Below the pieces are notes generated by a model. The model saw only the letters and a program-made list of their open reading frames with translations. It was not told where the DNA came from and ran no database searches. The translations under genes were made by a program, and so were the position numbers. From positions 1-43,487 of the IMG/VR virus record IMGVR_UViG_3300048849_000020: a stretch of 43,487 nucleotides of DNA; one strand, written 5' to 3'. Positions 36,016-43,487 of this stretch are shown here, piece by piece (within the stretch, counting starts at the first letter, position 1; each line of letters opens with the position of its first letter). This DNA is from a virus (Duplodnaviria > Caudoviricetes).

Positions 36016-36462
36016 ATGCCCGGGGAAGCAGAGTTCTCGCTACCTGAGTTGATGCGGACGTTGAACCGGATCGAGTCGTCGAACCGTGATGCGTTTGGTC
36101 GGATTGAAACACGGCTCGACAAACTGCTGCCGCTTGAAGTGTTCAACCTGTACCAGGAGACAACACGACGTGAGCTGACGGAGATCCACCAGGATCTCGC
36201 GGACATGCAGGCAAACGCCGCGAAGCGTGCAGCTGAGCTCGAGGCTGGCTCCAAGGAACGCAACGTGCAGGTTAACAACCGCATTGAGACGTTGGAGACG
36301 AAGCACGACGTGGATGTAGCTGCGATCCGTGTGCGGCTTGACGAAACCGAGAAAGCCAACGCGTCCCGTAAGGATGCGACGGCGAAGATGTGGATCACGT
36401 GGGGGCTGGGTATCGCTGCGGCGATCCTGGTGCCTCTTCTGTTGAGGGGTGCGGGCTTGTGA
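36016..36462 (+). CDS. Coiled-coil protein with C-terminal TM helix
   Basis: [13 protein letters not shown]...; [18 protein letters not shown]. Confidence 0.8.
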   Translation: MPGEAEFSLPELMRTLNRIESSNRDAFGRIETRLDKLLPLEVFNLYQETTRRELTEIHQDLADMQANAAKRAAELEAGSKERNVQVNNRIETLETKHDVDVAAIRVRLDETEKANASRKDATAKMWITWGLGIAAAILVPLLLRGAGL

Positions 36463-37151
36463 CTGAATGGAGCAAGCAAACCCGAATCCTCTTCTGGTGT
36501 CTCGCTGTCGTCGTGGTGCTCGGTATCGCGGCGGGCGTGTATGACAGCTTCCACAAGACGCAGATCATTGATGTGCAGCGGAAGCAGAACTACAGCCTGT
36601 CGGATGCGTTGACGAAAGCGCAGAAGCAGCTGATCGACAATGGTGTGAAGCCGAACACGAAGACGCCGGACCAGATCACAAAGGACGCGGCACCTGACGT
36701 GGGCTTGCCTGGTGCTGCTGGCGCTGCGGGTGACCGTGGGCCGCAGGGTCTACCGGGTGTTCGCGGCCAGACGGGTCCTACTGGGGAACCGGGGCGTGAC
36801 GGTAAGGACGGGAAGCCTGGTGCTGATTCGGATACTCCTGGCCCTGCCGGCGCTTCGGGCAGCGACGGTTCCGATGGTGAGCCGGGGAAGTCGGGTGCTG
36901 ACTCGACTGTCCCCGGCCCTGCGGGACCTGTCGGACCTGCTGGACCGGTGGGACCTGCTGGCGCTCCGGGTTCACCTGGTGCGGACGGCAAGAACGGCGC
37001 TGACGGTCAGCCGGGACGTGACGGCAAGGACGGACGCTCGGTGGAGTCCGTGCAGTGCGTCGTCGATGGCACCGGTTCGTACGTGGCGTTCTTCGACGGC
37101 GCTGGTTCTGAGATCGGCCGGGTGCAGACCGTTTGCGCCCCCACCTCTTGA
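36459..37151 (+). CDS. Membrane-anchored collagen-like protein
   Basis: N-terminal TM helix, short coiled coil, ~110 aa of interrupted Gly-X-Y, C-terminal Cys pair. Confidence 0.85.
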   Translation: MTEWSKQTRILFWCLAVVVVLGIAAGVYDSFHKTQIIDVQRKQNYSLSDALTKAQKQLIDNGVKPNTKTPDQITKDAAPDVGLPGAAGAAGDRGPQGLPGVRGQTGPTGEPGRDGKDGKPGADSDTPGPAGASGSDGSDGEPGKSGADSTVPGPAGPVGPAGPVGPAGAPGSPGADGKNGADGQPGRDGKDGRSVESVQCVVDGTGSYVAFFDGAGSEIGRVQTVCAPTS

Positions 37152-37178
37152 TCGTTTGACTTCTACGAAAGGCCACTC

Positions 37179-38600
37179 ATGGGCGACTCCCGACTTCTCT
37201 CCGTCGACCTGGACACTCATCTCCCTCCCGGAGACGTACTCGATGCTCTCGACGGCCGGGGTGTTGGCAAGTACGCACCGCCGCAGGGAGCCAGCCCTAG
37301 TAACCGTTTCGTGTTCCTCGGTGATTCGATCACGCAGGGTTCCGACCAGGTGTCGACGAACTTCCGCGGCACCGCATGGCCGCTCATTGCCGCCATCCGC
37401 TCCGCAGGCCGCATCGTGCACGTCCGCAACTCGGGGATCAGTGGCAACACGACGCAGAACATGATCGACCGGTTCGACACCGACGTGACCCCCCACGCGC
37501 CGACAGTGGTGTCCGTGCTCGCGGGAACGAACGACAGCGCCCCGGCAACGTTCGCTGCGTGGACCGAACAGATTAAGACGCTAGTCACCAAGATCCGAGG
37601 CATCAACGCCGTCCCCATCCTCGCGACCGTGCCGCCGACTGCTCTCGCTCCGTGGCGTCAGCAGACAGTTCAGCGGCAGAACGCGTTCCTGCGCGACTAC
37701 GCGAACCGCAACGGCATCGCACTCGTCGACTTCTACGCCCTGCTTGTCGACCCGGTGACGGGCGGGTTCAAGGCCGCGTACTACAACGACGGCATTCACC
37801 CCAATGCTGCCGGGTATGCCGCAATGGGTGCCCTGTACGCGGACGTCATCACGCCGACGTTGCCCGCGTACTCGCCGCACATCACGCTCGACGACGCGGA
37901 CCCGTTCAACCTCGTGTACGGCGGATGCTTCACGGCAGCATCGGGCACCGCACTGCCCGCCGGTTGGACCGACAACGCAGGCACCCCGTCCGGGTCCGCC
38001 GTCAGCTACATCACCGACCCATCCGTCCCCGGGCAGATGCTGCAGGTGACGAACACTGCAACGACTGGCATCCGGCAGATCGCACGCACGATCTACATGG
38101 GCACCACTACGCTGTCGTCTGCTGCTGCTGCCGGCGCGACCACTGTCACGCTGCCGATCCGAGCGGACTTCCGTGGTGTCCTGTACATCGGTTCCGGCTC
38201 CACATACGAGGTGGTGCGGATCCTTTCGTCGTCTGGTGGCGGACCGCAGACCGAGACGCTGGTGTCCGCCCTGCAGTACGCGCACGCGGCCGGTGAGCCT
38301 GTCGTCGCGAACGCAGCCCCCGGTGATCTGCTGGCGTTCTCCGGCCGCGTCAGCAGCGACGCGGGCGTGGCCGTCACAACGACTGCGGTGGCGTACACGT
38401 CGAGCCTGTCGACGATCAGCACGCAGACCGCCATCGGTTCCGTGGTGGCACCGTTCACCCGCGGAGTTTGGTCGTCGCGCGTCACCGTGCCCGCTAACAC
38501 GGGCGCGATGACGGTGAACCTGCAGAACAACAACGGGACAGGCACCGTCGCGTGGGGTCAGGTTTCGTTGTACAACCTGACTCGCATGGGTGTCGCTTAG
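37179..38600 (+). CDS. SGNH/GDSL esterase with C-terminal beta-rich (carbohydrate-binding-like) domains; possibly virion-associated
   Basis: FLGDSITQG, NSGISGNTT, LAGTND, DGIHPN. Confidence 0.88.
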   Translation: MGDSRLLSVDLDTHLPPGDVLDALDGRGVGKYAPPQGASPSNRFVFLGDSITQGSDQVSTNFRGTAWPLIAAIRSAGRIVHVRNSGISGNTTQNMIDRFDTDVTPHAPTVVSVLAGTNDSAPATFAAWTEQIKTLVTKIRGINAVPILATVPPTALAPWRQQTVQRQNAFLRDYANRNGIALVDFYALLVDPVTGGFKAAYYNDGIHPNAAGYAAMGALYADVITPTLPAYSPHITLDDADPFNLVYGGCFTAASGTALPAGWTDNAGTPSGSAVSYITDPSVPGQMLQVTNTATTGIRQIARTIYMGTTTLSSAAAAGATTVTLPIRADFRGVLYIGSGSTYEVVRILSSSGGGPQTETLVSALQYAHAAGEPVVANAAPGDLLAFSGRVSSDAGVAVTTTAVAYTSSLSTISTQTAIGSVVAPFTRGVWSSRVTVPANTGAMTVNLQNNNGTGTVAWGQVSLYNLTRMGVA

Positions 38601-38752
38601 CGGCTGAGGAGGGTCGCGAACCGGTGTGCGATGTCGTCGAGCGCGGCGGTGTCTGCTTTGCCTGAGAACCCATAGGCAAGGTCGATGCGGTCTTGTTCGC
38701 GCACGTACTCGCTCATGAGATCAAGCGCGGCTTTCGCAGTTGCGTCGTCCAT
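38597..38752 (-). CDS. Small hypothetical protein (51 aa)
   Basis: Read by hand: MDDATAKAALDLMSEYVREQDRIDLAYGFSGK...; purine-rich RBS; follows the minus-strand SGNH gene. Confidence 0.5.
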   Translation of the reverse strand: MDDATAKAALDLMSEYVREQDRIDLAYGFSGKADTAALDDIAHRFATLLSR

Positions 38753-38773
38753 CTTGAGTAAGCACCTATCCCC

Positions 38774-39484
38774 TCAGTTAGCCGCGACGATGGCGGCGTG
38801 CAGTGCGCTTCCGAGTGCCTGCGCGCCGTCAGCGGTCGGGTGGATCCCGTCAGCGGTGAAGCCATCCTTGTACACGTTACCATCGCGAAGGGCAGCGGCA
38901 CCGTCCACGTACTTCCATCCCTGCTGCTGAGCGAGGGTCTTCAACTGATCGTTGAACGCAGCAGGCAACGCGGTGTCAGCGTCGCGCGGCGGTATGGACG
39001 ACACGATCACCGTGCCGACCTTCGCCTTCTTGGCGATGCTCTCGAGGTTCGCGGCCGTCGTTTCGAACGGAACCGCCAGCCCCGTGTCGTTCGTGCCAGC
39101 GAGGATCACAAGCACGTCCGCTTTGTACGCGGACACGTTCTGAGCCATCGCCTCGGTCGTCGCGCCACCGAGCGCCCAACCACCCACGAGGCGAGCTCCG
39201 TCCCGGTTCGCGTAGAACGCCCACGACCCATCCCCTGCGACACTTTTGTCGATGTTGGGGCTGTTCGCTGCAGTCACACTGTCGCCGACGACAGCGAACG
39301 TCACAGCCGCATCAGCGTCCCGGGTGAACGTGGGGATAGGCCCCGGCTCCGCACCTGCTGCTGGCTTACTCGCGTTCACGTGCTGGAACGCGAGGACGAC
39401 GAGCATGATCGCCATGACCGCCGTCAGCCCGACGATCAGTGCCTTGTAGGACCGGCTGAACCAGTCCACGAATCCGTTCCCCAT
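38774..39484 (-). CDS. Membrane-anchored SGNH/GDSL esterase
   Basis: N-terminal TM (ALIVGLTAVMAIMLVVLAF), VVGDSVT, GGATT, LAGTND, DGIHPT; TACGAT -10 just upstream. Confidence 0.9.
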   Translation of the reverse strand: MGNGFVDWFSRSYKALIVGLTAVMAIMLVVLAFQHVNASKPAAGAEPGPIPTFTRDADAAVTFAVVGDSVTAANSPNIDKSVAGDGSWAFYANRDGARLVGGWALGGATTEAMAQNVSAYKADVLVILAGTNDTGLAVPFETTAANLESIAKKAKVGTVIVSSIPPRDADTALPAAFNDQLKTLAQQQGWKYVDGAAALRDGNVYKDGFTADGIHPTADGAQALGSALHAAIVAAN

Positions 39485-39516
39485 GATTGCCCCATCGTAA
39501 GTGTTGCTCGTTACTT

Positions 39517-39549
39517 GCCCCGTCCCTCTTTGTGGGGGCGGGGCGTTTT
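39517..39549. terminator. Intrinsic terminator hairpin (probably bidirectional)
   Basis: GCCCCGTCCC-TCTTTGT-GGGGCGGGGC-GTTTT. Confidence 0.7.
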
Positions 39550-39551
39550 CG

Positions 39552-39827
39552 TCATACCCGTCGTCGCAGCTGCCGGACGGTCACACGGTCACGGGGCAGC
39601 CACAGACGATGCGCGAACCCCATGTGGACGAGCTGCACGTACACGAGCTCATCGGTCTTCGCGTCCACGAACCCCGGCAACCGCTGCCAACCCGTGCGCG
39701 AGAACTCCACCCGCACCCACACCGGCGCATGATCCACACGCTCAGACCACTCCACACCCGGCACACCCAACGGCTGATCCTCAGGCGGATCCGGATGCTC
39801 AGGCGGGGACCACTTGTACTGCGGCAT
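39552..39827 (-). CDS. Hypothetical protein (SH3-like beta fold)
   Basis: PVWVRVEF...LVYVQL...RLWLPRDRV; last gene of the minus-strand operon. Confidence 0.7.
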   Translation of the reverse strand: MPQYKWSPPEHPDPPEDQPLGVPGVEWSERVDHAPVWVRVEFSRTGWQRLPGFVDAKTDELVYVQLVHMGFAHRLWLPRDRVTVRQLRRRV

Positions 39828-39829
39828 GG

Positions 39830-39997
39830 TCAGCCGACGAGACTGTACGACGACCAGAAATCCGACAAGAGCGCGCGATCGGCTGGGAACAGTTCCACCC
39901 AAACGGTGTCAACTTCTGCAACCGTGTATCGGCGGCCGGCACCAGCGCCATACTTCTGCTGCACGACCATGCCAGATTGAATTGCTTGCTCACTCAT
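39830..39997 (-). CDS. Small hypothetical protein
   Basis: GGAGG RBS; overlaps the RHH gene. Confidence 0.6.
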   Translation of the reverse strand: MSEQAIQSGMVVQQKYGAGAGRRYTVAEVDTVWVELFPADRALLSDFWSSYSLVG

Positions 39998-40172
39998 CGT
40001 CACCCTCCACCCATTCTCGCAGCAGCCCCCGCACAACCGTGGTCAGGTTCGTGCCCTCAGACTTCGCTTTCTCGAGTGCCGGCGTGTACTCGGCGTCCGG
40101 GATGCGGAAGTTACGCAGCGGAGTCTTCGGAGAGTTCGGCACGGTAGGCAGTGTAGGTGCATGCTCAGGCAT
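39990..40172 (-). CDS. Ribbon-helix-helix regulator
   Basis: TPLRNFRIPDAEY..ALEKAKSEGTNLTTVVRGLLREWV. Confidence 0.8.
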   Translation of the reverse strand: MPEHAPTLPTVPNSPKTPLRNFRIPDAEYTPALEKAKSEGTNLTTVVRGLLREWVEGDDE

Positions 40173-40305
40173 CAGGTTCCTCCCGAATTCCGCCGTGCTC
40201 TGAGTATCGACGCAGTGCCGTACTCATCTCGATAAGCGCTTGGCCTGCATCAGTAAGCGCACTCCCAAGAGCGCGCCCGCTATAGTCCTTTGCTTCGGTC
40301 ATCAC
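40165..40305 (-). CDS. Small hypothetical protein
   Basis: AGGAGG RBS; overlaps both neighbours. Confidence 0.55.
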   Translation of the reverse strand: MMTEAKDYSGRALGSALTDAGQALIEMSTALRRYSEHGGIREEPDA

Positions 40306-40729
40306 GATTGGCCTCCTGGCGGTCGGTCGAGCTGATCTTGCGGATGATGTCCTCTGCCGAGACTGTGACCTCGATGTGCTGAATTGGATGGGAAAAGTCC
40401 GGATCGGACCAGTCCACTTCAGCGCCGTCGATCTTGCGTGCTCGGATGGGGTTGTGGAGCGTGGGGATCTCCACGACAACCACATCCCACTCGGCGAGCA
40501 TCGGGACCAGGCGCTCCCGGACTAGATCGATGAGCAGGTCGTGGTGCTGGTCTGAAACTCTTTCAGCATCCTCGACCTGGAGGTTGTCCCATGCCCAATC
40601 AATCATCAGGTCTCCGTCAGAGAAGCCCCACTTACTCAGTAGGCCTCCACCGTCGAGTCGGATCGGTGCCGTCATGAACCCACCTTCTTCAGCTCTCGAA
40701 CCGGTTGCCGGGTCACTTGCGCTCGCCAT
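40280..40729 (-). CDS. Acidic hypothetical protein
   Basis: Leaderless ATG at 40729 or internal ATG at 40675; LLSKWGFSDGD, TLHNPIRA. Confidence 0.7.
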   Translation of the reverse strand: MASASDPATGSRAEEGGFMTAPIRLDGGGLLSKWGFSDGDLMIDWAWDNLQVEDAERVSDQHHDLLIDLVRERLVPMLAEWDVVVVEIPTLHNPIRARKIDGAEVDWSDPDFSHPIQHIEVTVSAEDIIRKISSTDRQEANRDDRSKGL

Positions 40730-40735
40730 GCCCTA

Positions 40736-40764
40736 ATCCTAGCCCGGGTGTAGGTACACCGCAA
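40736..40764 (-). promoter_or_regulatory. SigA-like leaderless promoter with palindromic operator
   Basis: TTGCGG-17-TAGGAT-6-ATG; GGTGTA-CC-TACACC palindrome over the spacer (40747-40760). Confidence 0.7.
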
Positions 40765-40849
40765 CGGGTTCAAGCAACCCACCCACCCGATACGCTCACC
40801 CCATCCCCGCATCCCGCAACTAGGGGCGGTAAATCAACGGGGATCACGG

Positions 40850-40877
40850 ACGCCCCCACCTTGTGAGGTGGGGGCGT
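40850..40877. terminator. Hairpin downstream of the integrase
   Basis: ACGCCCCCACC-TTGTGA-GGTGGGGGCGT. Confidence 0.7.
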
Positions 40878-40927
40878 TTCGTGTGTTTAGCCGGCAGCTT
40901 CACTATGGGAAAGTGAAGCGGACGACT

Positions 40928-42130
40928 TCACGCGGTGATCGCGAGCGGATCGTCAGGCATTGCCGCGTACAGGGCAGTCACGGTGTCCTCGTGTGCGGTG
41001 GGGGAGAGGTGCCCGTACGTGTCGACGGTCGTGGTGATGTTCTCGTGCCCCAAGTTCCGTTGGATCAGGTTCAGCGGCGCACCCTGCCCGATGAGCCACG
41101 ACGCGTAGGTGTGACGGCAATCGTGAGGCGTCGGGCGTCGAGGCAGGGGAGTGCGTCCGACAGCAGCGCAATCGTCCGGATCCATCGCCTTCTTCACGGC
41201 GCGGTCCCAAATGCGAGCTTTGAAGTTGCCGTACCAGAGCCTGCCGCCGTTCTCAGCGCCTTGGAACAGGAAGTCGCCTCCTGGTCCGTCGAGCTCAAGT
41301 TGTGCCACGAGGTCGGGGCGTAGGGGCAGTGTGCGGTACCCCTTCTCTGTCTTCGGCGGTCCAACTGTGTGGTCCCGCTTCCACGCTTTGCTGACGGTGA
41401 CGGTCGCCGGCCGTGTCGCAAGGTTCACGTCACGGCGTTCAACAGCGGTCGCTTCGGACCAGCGCATCCCGGTGAGCACGAGGAACCGCACGAGGGGCTT
41501 GTAGTAGGCGGGGATGAAGTGCAGCAGCGTGTAGAACTCGTCGGGGCTGAGGAACACCGCCTGGTGCTTCCGGCCGCGGGTCATGGCCATCTTGTAGGCC
41601 GGGTTGTCCTTCCGATGTCCGGCCTCGACTGAAGCGGTGAAGATCGCGCTGAGGAGCGCATGCCGGTTCCGCACCGTCTTCTGCGAGATCGGCTGCTTCT
41701 CCTTGGATCGTCCGGACTCCTGCGCTTCCTGCCAGGACAGCCAGCCGCCCACGTCCTGCTTCGTGATCGCGTCGATCGGAAGTTCGCCCAGCAGGGGCAG
41801 GAGCGACTTCTTGACAATCGTCTGGTAGCTGGACCGAGTGTCCTTCTGCACGCCCGTCAGCAGGCCGCTGGCAGGGTCCAGGTACGTCGCTGCGAACTGC
41901 CCGAACGTAGGCACGCCTACCGTCGCGTTGTTCCGCGCCGCCAACACGGCGAGCGCTGCTTCTGGTCCGACGCGGTCGACGAGTGCGCCGAACTGGCGTG
42001 CGGCGGTCTCTGCGGTGTCGCCGGCGAAGGTCTCCTGGTGCATGCGGCGGGGTGTGCCCATGCGGAACTGGACCCGCCAGGAGACGTCGCCGTGAGTGTT
42101 CTTCCGGGGAGTGACGCTAGCCAAGAGCAT
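40928..42130 (-). CDS. int: Tyrosine integrase
   Basis: TGMRWSE (R), PPKT (K), HDCRH, LGH, TYGH (Y); N-terminal arm-binding SWRVQFR; start at 42130 (ATG) or 42124 (TTG). Confidence 0.96.
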   Translation of the reverse strand: MLLASVTPRKNTHGDVSWRVQFRMGTPRRMHQETFAGDTAETAARQFGALVDRVGPEAALAVLAARNNATVGVPTFGQFAATYLDPASGLLTGVQKDTRSSYQTIVKKSLLPLLGELPIDAITKQDVGGWLSWQEAQESGRSKEKQPISQKTVRNRHALLSAIFTASVEAGHRKDNPAYKMAMTRGRKHQAVFLSPDEFYTLLHFIPAYYKPLVRFLVLTGMRWSEATAVERRDVNLATRPATVTVSKAWKRDHTVGPPKTEKGYRTLPLRPDLVAQLELDGPGGDFLFQGAENGGRLWYGNFKARIWDRAVKKAMDPDDCAAVGRTPLPRRPTPHDCRHTYASWLIGQGAPLNLIQRNLGHENITTTVDTYGHLSPTAHEDTVTALYAAMPDDPLAITA

Positions 42131-42452
42131 CCGCCTTCCAGCAGGTGCAGGGCCCGACCTGGAAGGCGCTCGTCCCGCGGTCATACCAGCCGTTCGATCG
42201 GCAGCGGTCCCCGTGCGGCGCGTTCACGATCACGGCGCGCAGCCGGAAAATTTCACGTGTCGCGTCGCCCATCGCCTCAAGAACTGGCGCGGCTGGCGGG
42301 TCGCATTCGGCCAGTTCCGCCCGCAACCGGTCCACCTCGTCGGCGGCAGCGATCATCTCGTCACCGGGAACCTGCAACCCGAGACGAGCAGACCGGAGTT
42401 CCGCACCGAGTGCCCGCAGCGCGTCCGTGTCCACCGGGTCAAAACTTGACAT
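42117..42452 (-). CDS. Phage hypothetical modular protein
   Basis: MIAAADEVDRLRAELAE; C-terminal H..C...CTC; stop codon overlaps the integrase start. Confidence 0.7.
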   Translation of the reverse strand: MSSFDPVDTDALRALGAELRSARLGLQVPGDEMIAAADEVDRLRAELAECDPPAAPVLEAMGDATREIFRLRAVIVNAPHGDRCRSNGWYDRGTSAFQVGPCTCWKADALG

Positions 42453-42975
42453 CGGTCCACCTCATCCCCTTCGCGTCATGCGATCCGTCGTGTCCGACCG
42501 GCTTGTTGCAGAACATGGGCGGTCCGAGGAAGTCGCCCGGGAACACTGTGCGGCACTCATCACGGTCCTCCTGGGGTGCGGTGATCAGGTGTGCAGCGCA
42601 GGGCGGTTCGTCGGCTGCGTTCAGCCACCGCATCACCCACCAGTTCCAGTGCTTCGTGCACAGCGGAATGTTGCCCTCCGGCACGTCGGTGGTGTTCTCC
42701 CGAGCGCACGCCCAGCATGTCTCTGCCTGGGGTGCGGTGTCTGCGGTGAGGATGTTCCCGAGGCCCGCCCAGTTGGGTGTTCCTCCAAGGCCAGCGGAAA
42801 TGCCCGCCCAGGCCTGCACCGCTTCGAGTTGGTCGGCGGCGGCGCGGAGGGCGGCGGCCGACTCTTCGTGCAGGGCAATGCGAGCGGACGTCTTCGAGAA
42901 CTGACGCCACGCTTCCGCCTCGGCATCGTTCCGGGCCGCAAGCGCACGCATCTGCTCCGGGGTGGGGGCGGTCAT
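42439..42975 (-). CDS. Phage hypothetical modular protein with Cys/His motifs
   Basis: GGGAG RBS; SAAALRAAADQLE; CWAC..LCTKH; C...CNKPVGHDGSH. Confidence 0.7.
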   Translation of the reverse strand: MTAPTPEQMRALAARNDAEAEAWRQFSKTSARIALHEESAAALRAAADQLEAVQAWAGISAGLGGTPNWAGLGNILTADTAPQAETCWACARENTTDVPEGNIPLCTKHWNWWVMRWLNAADEPPCAAHLITAPQEDRDECRTVFPGDFLGPPMFCNKPVGHDGSHDAKGMRWTDVKF

Positions 42976-43184
42976 GCGACTGCTCCCTGCTGGTGGCATC
43001 GGCAGTTGGGGCGCTCGACGAACGACAGGTGCTCGAGCGGTTCGGCGTTCCGGCGGGTAACGCCATCAGGGGTCGCGATCATGGCGGAGCCGTCACCGAC
43101 TGCCCACACGTGCCAGGTCGCTTTGCCGGCGATGCCGAATCGAACGTTGTCGCCCGGGCGAATCGTAGGGGTGGGGGCGGTCAT
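42972..43184 (-). CDS. Small SH3-like hypothetical protein
   Basis: IRPGDNVRFG...WHVWAV; start could be 43205 or 43259. Confidence 0.6.
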   Translation of the reverse strand: MTAPTPTIRPGDNVRFGIAGKATWHVWAVGDGSAMIATPDGVTRRNAEPLEHLSFVERPNCRCHQQGAVA

Positions 43185-43195
43185 CGCCTCGCCAT

Positions 43196-43211
43196 TCGAA
43201 CGCATGTTCGA
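43196..43211. promoter_or_regulatory. LexA (SOS/Cheo) box
   Basis: TCGAAC-GCAT-GTTCGA, a perfect match to the actinobacterial TCGAAC-N4-GTTCGA consensus. Confidence 0.85.
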
Positions 43212-43300
43212 AGTTTCGCGGGTGCCACCGACACTGGTGTCGGCTCTTCTCTGGTCCATCGGATCTCCTGTCTCGGAGCATCCGCGGCCTTCACGTCAAA

Positions 43301-43353
43301 CGGCCTGTAGGCACATCGTGTAGGCAAACCCAACACGATGGCCCTACAGGCCG
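43301..43353. terminator. Long hairpin just downstream of tRNA-His
   Basis: CGGCCTGTAGG..CATCGTGT-loop-ACACGATG..CCTACAGGCCG. Confidence 0.65.
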
Positions 43354-43360
43354 CTGACTT

Positions 43361-43387
43361 ACTGGGGTGAATAACGGGTCTCGAACC
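43361..43387. repeat. att core, right copy
   Basis: Identical to 1-27. Confidence 0.95.
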
Positions 43388-43439
43388 CGCGACCTCCTAG
43401 ACCACAACCAGGCGCTCTACCAACTGAGCTATATCCACC
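43363..43439 (-). tRNA. tRNA-His (GTG)
   Basis: GGTGGATATAGCTCAGTTGGTAGAGCGCCTGGTTGTGGTCTAGGAGGTCGCGGGTTCGAGACCCGTTATTCACCCCA; cloverleaf, GTG anticodon, G-1:C73, encoded CCA. Confidence 0.97.
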
Positions 43440-43487
43440 ATGTTCGAACCGGCGGACCGGCGCGACCACTCAATAGTAGTACATGCG

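Larger units (their letters stand above)
1..43387. mobile_element. Integrated temperate siphovirus-like prophage, apparently intact
   Basis: Flanked by a 27-bp direct repeat matching the tRNA-His 3' end; has lysogeny, replication, packaging, head, tail, lysis and integrase modules with no obvious broken genes. Confidence 0.97.

Noticed and set aside
36700-37036. Tandem DNA repeat array
   Set aside because: Fully explained by collagen Gly-X-Y coding
43439-43450. Second LexA box near the tRNA 5' end (ATGTTCGAAC)
   Set aside because: Only a half site; the partner TCGAAC at the correct spacing is absent

Overview
The window is an apparently complete ~43.4 kb temperate siphovirus-type prophage of a high-GC actinobacterium. 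A Microbacteriaceae-like host is my inference from GC content, leaderless promoters and gene style. It is integrated in the 3' end of a tRNA-His(GTG) gene and bounded by a 27-bp direct repeat (1-27 and 43361-43387). From left to right it carries: an ImmA/IrrE-type metallopeptidase and XRE repressor (minus strand); Cro and Xis; many small early genes; a YqaJ exonuclease, orphan N6-adenine methylase, RusA, replication initiator with iterons, helicase and SSB; HNH genes; terminase, portal, head and tail modules with a -1 frameshifted tail chaperone; a lysis cassette; a late-operon SGNH esterase; a minus-strand accessory arm; and a tyrosine integrase. The most notable points are these. (i) The integrase is not next to att. 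It is the last gene of a small operon whose 5' end has a perfect LexA box and a PafBC/RecA-NDp-like promoter. (ii) A late-operon SGNH esterase faces a membrane-anchored, separately promoted SGNH esterase, a candidate receptor-deacetylation exclusion system. (iii) The endolysin has an internal RBS/ATG, an Asp where the catalytic His is expected, and a possible stand-alone partner gene. (iv) Two long structured intergenic regions are present. (v) Small early genes share short DNA repeats and protein modules. All functional calls come from motif recognition by eye; no database searches were run.
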